In this document: positions 9,841 through 19,820 of the stretch, piece by piece | Layout of the letters: each line of letters starts with the position of its first letter | How positions within the stretch are numbered: the stretch's first letter is position 1 | Assembly: GCA_902463315.1 (NCBI GenBank) | Contig: CABQFB010000001.1 | Location: 28,130-92,129 of the forward strand | DNA: 64,000 nucleotides | Origin: an uncultured Methanobrevibacter sp. | Lineage (GTDB): Archaea; Methanobacteriota; Methanobacteria; Methanobacteriales; Methanobacteriaceae | Direction: 5' to 3' | Program-made: the position numbers and the translations under genes | Notes under the pieces: generated by a model | The model's input: the letters and a program-made list of their open reading frames with translations, nothing else | What the model was told of the DNA's origin: nothing | Database searches by the model: none

Positions 9841-10101
9841 ATGATTATGAGTGACATTTTAGATGTTTTAAAAGAAAATTTTGATTGTGATGAAAGCGGT
9901 TTAGATTGGCAAGAACACAAATACAATTTTGTAAATGATACTGGCAACATATATGACATGAATGTAAATGGTATCACTATTCATGATGTAATGACATGCT
10001 TTTTAACTGATGAAGAACTTATCATTACTGGAAAACATAATCTTGTTCTTGCATCACTTCCAACTGAAACTATCGAATCCATTATAGTAGTTAAAAAATA
10101 A
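9841..10101 (+). CDS. Small hypothetical protein, paralog A (86 aa)
   Basis: GGAG Shine-Dalgarno 8 nt upstream. It shares the LKENFDCDESGLDWQEHKY core with the next gene. Confidence 0.5.
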   Translation: MIMSDILDVLKENFDCDESGLDWQEHKYNFVNDTGNIYDMNVNGITIHDVMTCFLTDEELIITGKHNLVLASLPTETIESIIVVKK

Positions 10102-10233
10102 TTACTATACTCTTTTTTTATTTTTTGATTCTAATTATTCTGCATGATTTACTATTGTTTTGTAGAGTATAATTAGATAATTTAATATATGTTATTTTTC
10201 TAATAGTAGCTAAATCCATAGGAGATGATTTAT

Positions 10234-10494
10234 ATGCAAATTGAAAATATTATAGAAATTCTAAAAGAAAATTTTGATTGTGATGAAAGCGGTTTAGATT
10301 GGCAAGAACACAAATATATTTTTGAAAACAATACAAACAATATTTATGACATTGAAGTAAACGGCATTACTGTTCCTTTTGTATCTTCCTTTTTCTTAAA
10401 TGATGAAGAACTGATTATTTCCGGACAACACAACCTTCTTCTTGCTATTATTCCTCGTGAAACTATTGATACTTTTGAAGTAATTAAAAAATAA
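10234..10494 (+). CDS. Small hypothetical protein, paralog B (86-89 aa)
   Basis: Same architecture as 9841..10101. A 55-nt segment is identical in both (9869..9923 and 10262..10316). Confidence 0.5.
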   Translation: MQIENIIEILKENFDCDESGLDWQEHKYIFENNTNNIYDIEVNGITVPFVSSFFLNDEELIISGQHNLLLAIIPRETIDTFEVIKK

Positions 10495-10577
10495 TTACTC
10501 TTATCTTTTCTTTTTTTTGATTAACTTTAAATAAAAATATCCATAAATATTTATTATAATATATTGGTGGTTATATT

Positions 10578-11246
10578 ATGAATTTATTTGAAAAGTTTAA
10601 TATAATCCCAAATAATCCTGATCTTTATGAGATTGCTTTTACCCATGGTTCATATGAACTCAAACATAATATTGGTTATTCTTATGAGAGATTAGAATTT
10701 CTAGGGGATTCTGTTTTAAGTCTTATAGTTTCAGAATATTTATTTAAAAAATTTCCTGAATATGATGAAGGGCGTTTATCTAAATTACGCGCTAACTATG
10801 TTTGTCAAACAGCATTAATTTATTATTCTCATGAATTGGGTTTAGATAAATACTTGAAGATCTGTACAGAAGATGAACCTATCCCTCATAATGAGATACT
10901 ATCTATAACTGCAGATATTTTTGAATCATTTTTAGGAGCAATATTTTTAGATCAGGGAATAAATTTTGCTAAAGATTATATTTCCAAAATTATCTTTAAA
11001 TATATTGATGAGGGTAGAATCTTTTTCTTTGATTATAAATCTACTATTAAAGAATATGGAGATGCTGAAGAAGTATCAGTAGAATATGAAATAGTTGGGG
11101 AATATGGTGTTCCTCATGATAAAACCTTCATTGTTCGTATTTTAATCGATGGAAAAAAACTTGGAATTGGAAAAGGTAAAAGTAAAAAAGAGGCAGAACA
11201 ACTAGCTGCTAAAAAAGCTATTGAACAATTAAACATTAGATTATAA
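10578..11246 (+). CDS. rnc: Ribonuclease III (bacterial type, with dsRBD)
   Basis: RNase III signature ERLEFLGDSVLSLIVSEYLF and catalytic E in FESFLGAIFLD. The C-terminal dsRBD reads GKGKSKKEAEQLAAKKAIEQL. Confidence 0.85.
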   Translation: MNLFEKFNIIPNNPDLYEIAFTHGSYELKHNIGYSYERLEFLGDSVLSLIVSEYLFKKFPEYDEGRLSKLRANYVCQTALIYYSHELGLDKYLKICTEDEPIPHNEILSITADIFESFLGAIFLDQGINFAKDYISKIIFKYIDEGRIFFFDYKSTIKEYGDAEEVSVEYEIVGEYGVPHDKTFIVRILIDGKKLGIGKGKSKKEAEQLAAKKAIEQLNIRL

Positions 11247-11258
11247 AAGGGGAAAAAT

Positions 11259-12734
11259 ATGAATAAGGAGTCTGTTGGTGTTGTTGAGACTAAATATTAT
11301 AATATTGATGAAACAATCCATCTTGAAAGTGGAGCTAGTCTTGATAACGTTGTTGTAGCTTATGAAACTTATGGCGAATTAAATAAAGAGAAAAATAATG
11401 TAATTCATGTTTGTCATGCATTAACAGGAGATGCTCATGCTGCAGGTTGGCATAAAGGAGACAAAAAACCTGGTTGGTGGGAAATAATAATTGGTCCTGG
11501 AAAAGCATTAGATACTAACAAGTACTTTATAATATGTTCAAATGTTTTAGGAGGATGTAAAGGAACCACTGGCCCAAGTTCAATAAATCCTAAAACAGGA
11601 AAAGAATATGGACTCGATTTTCCGGTTATAACAATTAAAGACATGGTTAATGTTCAAAAGAAACTAATAGAATCTTTTGGAATTAAAGAACTAATAGCTG
11701 TTATTGGTGGATCTATGGGTGGAATGCAGGTTCTTCAATGGATGGTTTCTTATCCAGATATGGTTAAAAAAGCTATTCCAATAGCTACTACAGCTCGTTC
11801 ATCACCTCAGCAAATTGCATTTAATGAAGTTGGTCGCCAATCTATCTTTTCAGATCCTAATTGGAATCATGGAAATTATTATGAAACTGGTAAAATTCCT
11901 AAAAACGGTCTTGCTGTAGCTCGTATGGTAGCTCATATTACTTATTTGAGTGAAGAGTCAATGTACCTTAAATTTGGACGTGATTTACAGGATAAAGATG
12001 AGGTTACATACGATTTAGCAATGGATTTCCAAGTTGAAAGCTATCTTCATCATCAAGGAGAAAGTTTTGTTAAACGCTTTGATGCTAATAGCTATTTGTA
12101 TATTACAAAAGCAGTTGATTTATTTGATTTGGCCAGCAATAATTCTTTAATTGAAGGTTTTAGCAAAGTTAAATCTAAAGTTGAAGTCGTTTCTGTTAAT
12201 TCAGATTGGTTATATCCTATTGAACAGGGGATGGATGTAGTATCTGCCTTAAATGCTAATGATGTTGAAGTATCTTTTGCTGAATTAAAATCTAGTTATG
12301 GTCATGACGCATTTCTTTTAGAAAAAGCGCAGCTTAATTATATTATTTCAGGATTCCTATCTGATAATGTAGTGGCTGATTTAATGACAACTGATGTTCC
12401 AACTATTAAACACACAGCAGACATTAAAGAAGCAGCTAAATTAATGTTAGATAATCAGGTAACTCATCTTGCTGTTCTTTCTGATGATTCTAAGCTAATT
12501 GGTATAGTTACTAGTTGGGATTTATCTAAAGCTATTGCAACTAGCACTTATTCTTTAAAAGCGATTATGACAACAGCTGTTGAGTATTGTCATAAGGAAG
12601 ATTCAATTGATGATATTATTTATAGAATGAGAAAAGATGATATCTCATGTTTCCCTGTTGTTACTGATGATCTTGAGCTTGAAGGTGTAATAACCATTGA
12701 CCAAATTAGTAGTTTCGTTTCAAACTGCGGTTAA
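11259..12734 (+). CDS. metX: Homoserine O-acetyltransferase fused to a C-terminal CBS pair
   Basis: Alpha/beta hydrolase GGSMGG nucleophile elbow and the typical MetX N-terminus. The last ~130 aa look like tandem CBS domains. Confidence 0.8.
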   Translation: MNKESVGVVETKYYNIDETIHLESGASLDNVVVAYETYGELNKEKNNVIHVCHALTGDAHAAGWHKGDKKPGWWEIIIGPGKALDTNKYFIICSNVLGGCKGTTGPSSINPKTGKEYGLDFPVITIKDMVNVQKKLIESFGIKELIAVIGGSMGGMQVLQWMVSYPDMVKKAIPIATTARSSPQQIAFNEVGRQSIFSDPNWNHGNYYETGKIPKNGLAVARMVAHITYLSEESMYLKFGRDLQDKDEVTYDLAMDFQVESYLHHQGESFVKRFDANSYLYITKAVDLFDLASNNSLIEGFSKVKSKVEVVSVNSDWLYPIEQGMDVVSALNANDVEVSFAELKSSYGHDAFLLEKAQLNYIISGFLSDNVVADLMTTDVPTIKHTADIKEAAKLMLDNQVTHLAVLSDDSKLIGIVTSWDLSKAIATSTYSLKAIMTTAVEYCHKEDSIDDIIYRMRKDDISCFPVVTDDLELEGVITIDQISSFVSNCG

Positions 12735-12736
12735 TT

Positions 12737-12770
12737 AAAAAAAATAATGACTCATAGTTATGAGTCTTTA
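12737..12770. terminator. Bidirectional hairpin (GACTCATA-GT-TATGAGTC) between convergent metX and metY
   Basis: Perfect 8-bp stem flanked by an A-run on the left and a T-rich stretch on the right. It overlaps the metY stop codon. Confidence 0.45.
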
Positions 12771-14050
12771 ATAGCTTTATTTAATGCCTGATCCATATCC
12801 TCTATAATGTCTTCAGCATTTTCAATACCTACAGATAGTCTTATGAAATCAGGTGTGATCCCGCTTTCTATTTGCTCTTCATAAGTCATGTTTGAGTGTG
12901 TTGTGCTTGCTGGATGTATTATGAGGGTTTTTGCATCTGCTATATTAGCTACATGGGAAAGTAGTTCAACACTTTCAATGAATTTTTTACCTTCTTCAAG
13001 ACCTCCTTTTATTCCAAATCCAACTATACATCCGTATTTTCCATTTAAGTATTTTTCAGCCATTTCATGGTTTTCATTATCTTCAAGGCCAGGATAGTTT
13101 ACCCATTCCACTGCAGGATGGTTTTTTAAGAATTTAGCCACTTCAAGAGCATTTTCACAATGCTGATTTACTCGAAGTGACAATGATTCTGTACTTTGCA
13201 AAATCATAAATGCATTTATCGGGCTTAACACAGTTCCTAAATCCTTCATCAGGTGGGCTCTTGCTTTCATGATAAATGCTTTTTCCCCAAATGCTTCACT
13301 GTAGATTAAACCGTGATAAGATTCATCTGGTTCTGTAAATTGTGGGAATTTTCCATTTGCCCAATTGAAGTTCCCTCCATCAACTATTATTCCTCCCATT
13401 GTTGTTCCGGTTCCTGAAAGGAATTTTGTTGCTGAGTGAACTACAATATCTGCTCCATGGTCTATTGGCTTTACCATGGTTATTGCACAGGTATTGTCCA
13501 CTATTAATGGAATATTGTGGTTATGTGCAATTTCAGCTAATTTTTCAAAATCAGGAATGTCTAATTGAGGATTTCCTATTGATTCTGTGTATATTGCTTT
13601 GGTGTTTTCATTTATAGCTCTTTCATAACCCTCTAAGTCATGTGTATCTACAAAGTTTACTTTTATTCCCCAGTTTGGCATTGTGTTTTTAAATAAGGTA
13701 TATGTTCCACCATATAGGTTATTTGATGATACTATTTCATCTCCGTTTCCAGCTATATTTAAAATAGCTAGTAGAATTGCAGACATTCCAGTAGACTGCG
13801 CAAGTGCTCCCACTCCATTTTCAATAGCTGCCACTCTTTTTTCAAGCACTTCTGTTGTTGGATTGGAAATACGTGTGTACAAATGACCTTCCTTTTCAAG
13901 GGCATATAACTGTTGAGCTGTTTCTGTATCCTCAAATGAGTATGAGCTTGTTAGATATATTGGAGTTGCTCTTGCGCCAGTTGTAGGATCTCCACTTCCT
14001 TCTCCAGCATGTACTTCTATTGTTCTTTCACCATATTTTTTCTTTGACAT
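12758..14050 (-). CDS. metY: O-acetylhomoserine aminocarboxypropyltransferase (sulfhydrylase), PLP-dependent
   Basis: Cys/Met metabolism PLP-enzyme family. The N-terminus and the PLP-lysine region ([10 protein letters not shown]) match. Confidence 0.85.
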   Translation of the reverse strand: MSKKKYGERTIEVHAGEGSGDPTTGARATPIYLTSSYSFEDTETAQQLYALEKEGHLYTRISNPTTEVLEKRVAAIENGVGALAQSTGMSAILLAILNIAGNGDEIVSSNNLYGGTYTLFKNTMPNWGIKVNFVDTHDLEGYERAINENTKAIYTESIGNPQLDIPDFEKLAEIAHNHNIPLIVDNTCAITMVKPIDHGADIVVHSATKFLSGTGTTMGGIIVDGGNFNWANGKFPQFTEPDESYHGLIYSEAFGEKAFIMKARAHLMKDLGTVLSPINAFMILQSTESLSLRVNQHCENALEVAKFLKNHPAVEWVNYPGLEDNENHEMAEKYLNGKYGCIVGFGIKGGLEEGKKFIESVELLSHVANIADAKTLIIHPASTTHSNMTYEEQIESGITPDFIRLSVGIENAEDIIEDMDQALNKAIKDS

Positions 14051-14073
14051 AATCTATATTTTTCTATTTGTTT

Positions 14074-15522
14074 TTATAAAAATTTTTCAATGTCAATTTC
14101 TTTTAGAACTTTTTTTCTAAGAATTTTGTCTATGCCAGTTCCATATTGGGCTGCTTTTTTAGGGCGGTATGCAAATTCTTTTGAAAGTCCTAACTGATTT
14201 CCAAGATCTCTTAATACATTTTTCCTGATTTTATCTTTATCATTAGCTATCTTTTCCTCTACAGGTATGTTCAGTGCGAATTCTATTAGATCTTTGTCTA
14301 AAAATGGCAGTCTCAATTCCACAGAATTTCCCATAGAAACCGCATCGTCCCGTTCAAGATTTACATGATACATGTTTTCGATATCATGCCTTAACTCCTC
14401 ATCTAATTTTCCGGATTTGTAGGAGTTTAGGTATCTGTTATATCCTCCAAAGAGTTCATCTGCTCCCTGACCTGAAATAGCTACTCTTCCGCCATCTTCA
14501 TGAATCATTTTACATGCAAGGTATATTGTCATTCCAACGCCGATTTTCATAAGGTTGTTTTCCCCTATTAGTTTTACAACGTCCTCCAGATTTTCTTCCA
14601 CGATTTCTTTAGTAACAGTTTGGATTTTAAGTGGCAGGTTCAGCTCTTCAGCTATTTTTTTGCTGGCTATAATATCCTTTGAGTTTTCACTGCCTACAGC
14701 ATAAAGCTTTATTTTTAGTTTTCTCTTTTCGCTTATCTTTTTTAGTAGCATTGTTAGTATTGTGCTGTCAACACCACCAGAAAAGATCACTGAGATTTCA
14801 TCAAGGTACTGAACTCTTTTTTGAACTGCTTTTTTCAGCTTGTCTTCTAGTTGCTGTTTTATATCCCCATCTATTTTAAAGTGCTTTTCAGCTATTTTTG
14901 TCTTCGGTGATATAGGTGTCCAGTTGTATAATATTTCTCCAGGTTTCAGTGTTTCAACATTTTTAACGTTCAGCTGTTTTAATGAATATTTTGTACTTGA
15001 AAATGCATTTCCTTGAGAAAGCTTTCCATAAAATAATGGCTTAACTCCAATTGGATCACGAGTAATAGCCAGGTTTTCATGATCGTATACTGCAAAGCTA
15101 TAATCACCATCAAGAAGAGGTATTGTTTTTTCCACAGCTTTCAGAAGGTCTTTTTCTTCATTGTAGAAACGTTCAAGGATTTTAAAAAGTAGTTGGCTGT
15201 CGCTTTCAGCTTCTTCTTTGAAATCATCTTTAAGTGTTTTGAAATTGTATATTTCACCATTATAAACCAAAACCAAAGATTCAGAGGTTAATGGTTGGTC
15301 AGTTTCATCTTTTTCATCTAAATCAAAAGCGCTTAGAAGGTTATGACCTAAACCGATATGGTGCTCTTTATTATGACTAAATTCATTTAAATCAATGTCT
15401 AAAAATAGTTCATTATCTAGGAATACGCCAGTAGAATCAGGCCCTCTATTTTTAGTTGCTTTAAGTAATGTTATAATATCATTTTCAAGGAATTTTCCTT
15501 GAATTCCTACAATCGAACACAT
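14074..15522 (-). CDS. asnB: Asparagine synthetase (glutamine-hydrolysing)
   Basis: N-terminal MCSI Ntn-glutaminase Cys and the SGGVDS PP-loop. Confidence 0.85.
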   Translation of the reverse strand: MCSIVGIQGKFLENDIITLLKATKNRGPDSTGVFLDNELFLDIDLNEFSHNKEHHIGLGHNLLSAFDLDEKDETDQPLTSESLVLVYNGEIYNFKTLKDDFKEEAESDSQLLFKILERFYNEEKDLLKAVEKTIPLLDGDYSFAVYDHENLAITRDPIGVKPLFYGKLSQGNAFSSTKYSLKQLNVKNVETLKPGEILYNWTPISPKTKIAEKHFKIDGDIKQQLEDKLKKAVQKRVQYLDEISVIFSGGVDSTILTMLLKKISEKRKLKIKLYAVGSENSKDIIASKKIAEELNLPLKIQTVTKEIVEENLEDVVKLIGENNLMKIGVGMTIYLACKMIHEDGGRVAISGQGADELFGGYNRYLNSYKSGKLDEELRHDIENMYHVNLERDDAVSMGNSVELRLPFLDKDLIEFALNIPVEEKIANDKDKIRKNVLRDLGNQLGLSKEFAYRPKKAAQYGTGIDKILRKKVLKEIDIEKFL

Positions 15523-15599
15523 ATATCTTAATCTTATATTAAGGGTTTAAAGTATTTATTATACTTTTTATATACATTGTAGTAATAATGGTGATTTTT

Positions 15600-17468
15600 A
15601 TGATGGAAAAGATGGGAATCTATCAAAGATATAATTTAGGTCTTCAGCATTACCACAGTTTCATCGAATTTGATTTTGAAAATAAAAAAGTGCAAATCAT
15701 ATCTCAGGATATTACAGAAGATTTCAGGAAAGATAGTGCTTTAATTGTTAAGGATAAGGTTAATTTGAAAATAGCTGATTCTTTATTAATTCCTAACAAG
15801 ACATTTGATTTAAGTGAAAAAGATTGTAATAGTCTTCGTTTTGAATTTAATAAAGTTCGGTATGAAGTTGATGAAGAAATATCTGGTATTTGGCCATTGA
15901 ATGATATTATTTTCAATGAAAAGGGTATTCATGAAGAAGATGGAAAGGAATATAATAACAGTTTTCATTATATAAATAGGTATCCTAAAAATTGGATTTA
16001 TTTGGGAGAATTAATAATAGATATTTTAGGATTGGATTTATTAAATATCAATTTAAAGAAGCTTATCACCCCATTATATTATAATATAACTCCTGCTGGT
16101 GTTTATAATAAAAAGGATAATAATAAATTGAAACTAAAAAAATTAAATTTTAATATTGCTTCTTTTGAAGAGCCATTTAATTCTTTTAATTTTTCAATTT
16201 ATTCAAACAATAATGGTTTTAATCAAGTTGCTAAATTATTGGAAGATCATGGTGTTTATAAATGGTATGATGAAGAGTATACTGAAAATATAATTGAAAG
16301 TGATGATTTCAACGATTTTAAAGGTAATTCATGGTTCATAGAATTAATATTTGAAAATAACAAAGTTTTAAATTTAAGAGGGGATAATGCTTTTCCAGAT
16401 ACTTATGTCCATTTAGGAAATGAGATTAAGAAGTTTAAAGAGGATTTATTAAAAATTAATGAGATTGATAATGAACAGCAGGAGATTATTAAGTCATTTG
16501 GTGAAAATAAACTAGGTAATAAAATTAAAAAAATTGAAGTATCTCAATCAATTTTATTAGATAACCCATTCCCATATTCATTTGATTTCACATTAGACTG
16601 TAGAAATGGAGTCATAACTCCTGGAAAATGTATTCATGAACCCATTGAACAAACATTTATTGATTTACTTGACCCTAATTATTATATTTATACTCTTTTC
16701 TTTGAAAATATTGTAAAAGATGAAATTAAATTAGATAAACAGAAAGTAAATAATTTTTTAGAAAAATTTAATAAATTATTACCTGTAGATGATGAATTTG
16801 ATAAAGGCATCCATGAAAAAATGTATTATAACTGTGAGATTACTATTCATACACCTAAAGGTAAAAAATATCATAATTTAACTCATGAATATGATGTTTG
16901 GAAAAAGATAGGTGATTTATTTAAGGAATTAATAGGTTTTGATGTATTTAATATTGAAAATTTTAAAAAAATCATTACTCCTGCTAATTATGATATTCGC
17001 AGAGATGGTGTTTATGATAAGGAAACAGGTCAAAAATTATCTTTAGAATCAATTGAATATAATCACGTTCCTGTTGAATGCTATGGTGATTTTTATTATT
17101 TTTATTTAGATATTTTGAATAGAACATCATCAGATCCAATTGAAAAAGATAATCTAAATAATGATGATATTGAAAATATTTTAAATCTTCTTGAAAAAAA
17201 TCATGTCTATGAATGGATTTTCGATGAGTTTTGGAATAAGGTCAAATATGATTATTTATATGTTTTTGATGGCTGTGAATGGTATTTACGTATGGTTTTT
17301 GAGGGAAACAGAGTTTTAAATATTGGTTGTACAAATAATTATCCTGATACATTTGTTAACCTAGCTGAAGAGATTATAGAGCTTACAAATGAAGATGTAC
17401 TTAAATTAGATACGATTTCTGATGATAGAGTATATGAAAAATATGCTAAAAAACATTTTAGAGAGTAA
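15600..17468 (+). CDS. Large hypothetical protein with an internal two-fold duplication
   Basis: Start set at the ATG 5 nt after GGTGA; the ORF track begins it at 15588. Two ~250-aa halves align, for example LKKLITPLYYNITPAGVYNKKD...NKVLNLRGDNAFPDTYVHLGNEI with FKKIITPANYDIRRDGVYDKET...NRVLNIGCTNNYPDTFVNLAEEI. Confidence 0.5.
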   Translation: MMEKMGIYQRYNLGLQHYHSFIEFDFENKKVQIISQDITEDFRKDSALIVKDKVNLKIADSLLIPNKTFDLSEKDCNSLRFEFNKVRYEVDEEISGIWPLNDIIFNEKGIHEEDGKEYNNSFHYINRYPKNWIYLGELIIDILGLDLLNINLKKLITPLYYNITPAGVYNKKDNNKLKLKKLNFNIASFEEPFNSFNFSIYSNNNGFNQVAKLLEDHGVYKWYDEEYTENIIESDDFNDFKGNSWFIELIFENNKVLNLRGDNAFPDTYVHLGNEIKKFKEDLLKINEIDNEQQEIIKSFGENKLGNKIKKIEVSQSILLDNPFPYSFDFTLDCRNGVITPGKCIHEPIEQTFIDLLDPNYYIYTLFFENIVKDEIKLDKQKVNNFLEKFNKLLPVDDEFDKGIHEKMYYNCEITIHTPKGKKYHNLTHEYDVWKKIGDLFKELIGFDVFNIENFKKIITPANYDIRRDGVYDKETGQKLSLESIEYNHVPVECYGDFYYFYLDILNRTSSDPIEKDNLNNDDIENILNLLEKNHVYEWIFDEFWNKVKYDYLYVFDGCEWYLRMVFEGNRVLNIGCTNNYPDTFVNLAEEIIELTNEDVLKLDTISDDRVYEKYAKKHFRE

Positions 17469-17528
17469 GTAATTTAGAAAATGTATGAAATAATGTAATG
17501 TTATAATTTTAACAAGATTTATTATAAT

Positions 17529-17646
17529 TATTCAGATTATTGCCCATATTGCGATATAAAAAGAGGAATTTAATATTTGCCATGTATGTGGAGAAAATCT
17601 TACAAATGATATTTTTTATTTGTTCAGAGTGTGCTAGAAAATTAGT
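17529..17646 (+). pseudogene. Possible decayed small zinc-ribbon gene (CPYC...CHVCG...CSEC spread over three frames)
   Basis: Three CxxC-containing peptide segments lie in different frames within ~120 nt, with no intact ORF. Confidence 0.25.
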
Positions 17647-18054
17647 TAAGGAAATAGATGAATAGGCACACATTTAAATTTGCTATTTTAATGAAGAAGG
17701 TTCAATAAATATAATATTGACTTTAATCAACAAATCAGAAGAACTTTATAGAACATCACATAAGACTATACGTGTGGTGCTGCTTTAAAATTAATGATGA
17801 TATTCCAAAATTAGTATTAGCTAAAGTTAAGTTCTTAAACGAGAAAATCTGGAAAGATAATGAAAAATTTATCTTAAACACTCATTATATTCTAAAGTTA
17901 AAAAGACCATAATTAAAAAAATCAGAATTAAATAAATTAAAGTAAATTCTTTATTAAACAATCTTCATGAAATATCAGTTAAAATACCATAATCTTTTAT
18001 TAATATAAAAAAATATATTTATTAATATTATAGTTAAGATAAGGAGATTTATTC

Positions 18055-18267
18055 ATGGAAATTAAAGAAGATGCAGAAAAAATCGTAAAAGAATTTTCAG
18101 AGAAATTAGAAGATATTCCAGATTTAGAAGAAACCTGGTATATTACAGATAATTTAAATCTCACTCGTACGGATGCAGCTCATAAGAAAAATCCAGAAAA
18201 AATATTAAGAAATGCACGTATAGATAAAGATGGAAATTTAATTGTTAAAAAAGCAGATTGGATTTAA
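18055..18267 (+). CDS. Small protein, possibly GatC (Asp/Glu-tRNA amidotransferase subunit C)
   Basis: 70 aa. The pattern resembles short archaeal GatC (N-terminal helix, NLxRxDxA..., a C-terminal KDG..IVKK block). This is a weak call made by eye. Confidence 0.35.
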   Translation: MEIKEDAEKIVKEFSEKLEDIPDLEETWYITDNLNLTRTDAAHKKNPEKILRNARIDKDGNLIVKKADWI

Positions 18268-18282
18268 ATAGGGGATTATATT

Positions 18283-18768
18283 ATGAGAATTGATCTAGTT
18301 CTAGCTGTTCTTGATGTTCCGGGACAATTAGTTAGAGTTCTTGAACCAATTAGTGGATTAGGAGCAAATCTTGTTACTGTAATTCATAAAAGGGATATTA
18401 AAGATGATAAAGGTAAAATTCCTGTTCAATTAACTTTAGAAGGAGAAAGAGATAGTCTTAATAGGGTTATTGATAAGTTCAATGAACTTGAAATTACTAT
18501 TCTTGAAATTGACGGAATTGTAAGAAAAATTAAAGTAAGCACTATTTTAATTGGACACATTGTGGACAGTGACATTAGAGACACCATGGATAAAATCAAT
18601 GAGATTGACGGTGTTTATGTAGTTGGATTCGATATTCAACTTAACGGTGAAAATAAATCCTCTGCTCTGCTTAATATTGAAGCTGATGTTGATAAAAAGC
18701 AACTAGCTTTTGACAGAGTAGAACAAATAGCTAATGAAAAACAATTATTGATGATTAATGAAGTTTAG
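18283..18768 (+). CDS. ACT-domain regulatory protein (two ACT-like halves)
   Basis: [18 protein letters not shown] and a second ACT-like half. It sits directly upstream of hom, as in other methanogens. Confidence 0.65.
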   Translation: MRIDLVLAVLDVPGQLVRVLEPISGLGANLVTVIHKRDIKDDKGKIPVQLTLEGERDSLNRVIDKFNELEITILEIDGIVRKIKVSTILIGHIVDSDIRDTMDKINEIDGVYVVGFDIQLNGENKSSALLNIEADVDKKQLAFDRVEQIANEKQLLMINEV

Positions 18769-18775
18769 TGGTATT

Positions 18776-19795
18776 ATGAAAGATTGTAGAGTCATAATTA
18801 TGGGATTTGGTGCAGTAGGTCAGGGCGTGGCTGAAGCTATTTCCCTTAAAAAAGAAATGATAAAAGAAGAATATGGTGTAGAGCTGAAAATAGTGGCTGC
18901 TGCAGATTCTTCAACTTCTGCAATATCTCAGGATGGTTTAGATGAAGAACTTCTTTTAAAAACCAAAAAGGAAACTGGTAAATTAAAGGACTATCCTGAA
19001 TATGGAGGAGAGAAATCAAATATTGATGTTTTAGAAAGTGTAGATTACGATTGTTTGTTTGAAGCAACTCCAACTAACATTAAAGACGGAGAGCCAGGTT
19101 TAAGCTTAACCTTAAAAGCATTTAGTGAAGGCAAAGATGTTGTAACATCAAATAAGGGATATTTGGCTTTGAACTTTGAGGAAGTAATAAAAGCCGCTAA
19201 GGAAAACAACGTCCAGTTCAGATATGAGGCTACTGTAGGTGGAGCAATGCCTATTATAAACCTTGTAAAGGATACTCTTTCAAGCTGTAAAGTCTCATCA
19301 ATTGTTGGAATCTTAAACGGAACTACCAATTATATTCTTTCAAGAATGACCAGCGAAGGATCATCATATAAGGACATTCTTCGTGAGTCACAGGAATTGG
19401 GAATTGCAGAAACCAACCCAGAACAGGATGTTGAGGGTATTGATGCTGCATGTAAAACTGTTATTTTAGCCAATTCCCTTTTAGGAATTCCAGCAACCTA
19501 TAATGACGTAAGTGTTGAAGGTATCTCAAACATCACCTCAGAAGCTATTGATTTAGCAAAAAGGGACGGTTATTTAATAAAGCTTATTGCTGAAATATCT
19601 CCAGATAAATTAAAAGTATCTCCTCGTCTTGTAAAAGAAGGTAGTCAATATGATGTCAATGGAACTTTAAACATGGCTACTGTTAAAACAGATTTAGCAG
19701 GAGATGTTTCTGTAATAGGTCTAGGTGCAGGCTCTCTTGAAACAGCATCTGCAATGTTAACTGACTTAATTAGTATTTTAAAATTTAAAAACTAA
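18776..19795 (+). CDS. hom: Homoserine dehydrogenase
   Basis: Rossmann motif [11 protein letters not shown] and the homoserine dehydrogenase catalytic region. The ORF track start at 18758 overlaps the ACT gene. Confidence 0.85.
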   Translation: MKDCRVIIMGFGAVGQGVAEAISLKKEMIKEEYGVELKIVAAADSSTSAISQDGLDEELLLKTKKETGKLKDYPEYGGEKSNIDVLESVDYDCLFEATPTNIKDGEPGLSLTLKAFSEGKDVVTSNKGYLALNFEEVIKAAKENNVQFRYEATVGGAMPIINLVKDTLSSCKVSSIVGILNGTTNYILSRMTSEGSSYKDILRESQELGIAETNPEQDVEGIDAACKTVILANSLLGIPATYNDVSVEGISNITSEAIDLAKRDGYLIKLIAEISPDKLKVSPRLVKEGSQYDVNGTLNMATVKTDLAGDVSVIGLGAGSLETASAMLTDLISILKFKN

Positions 19796-19820
19796 TTCTA
19801 TTTTTTTCTTTTTTGATAAT

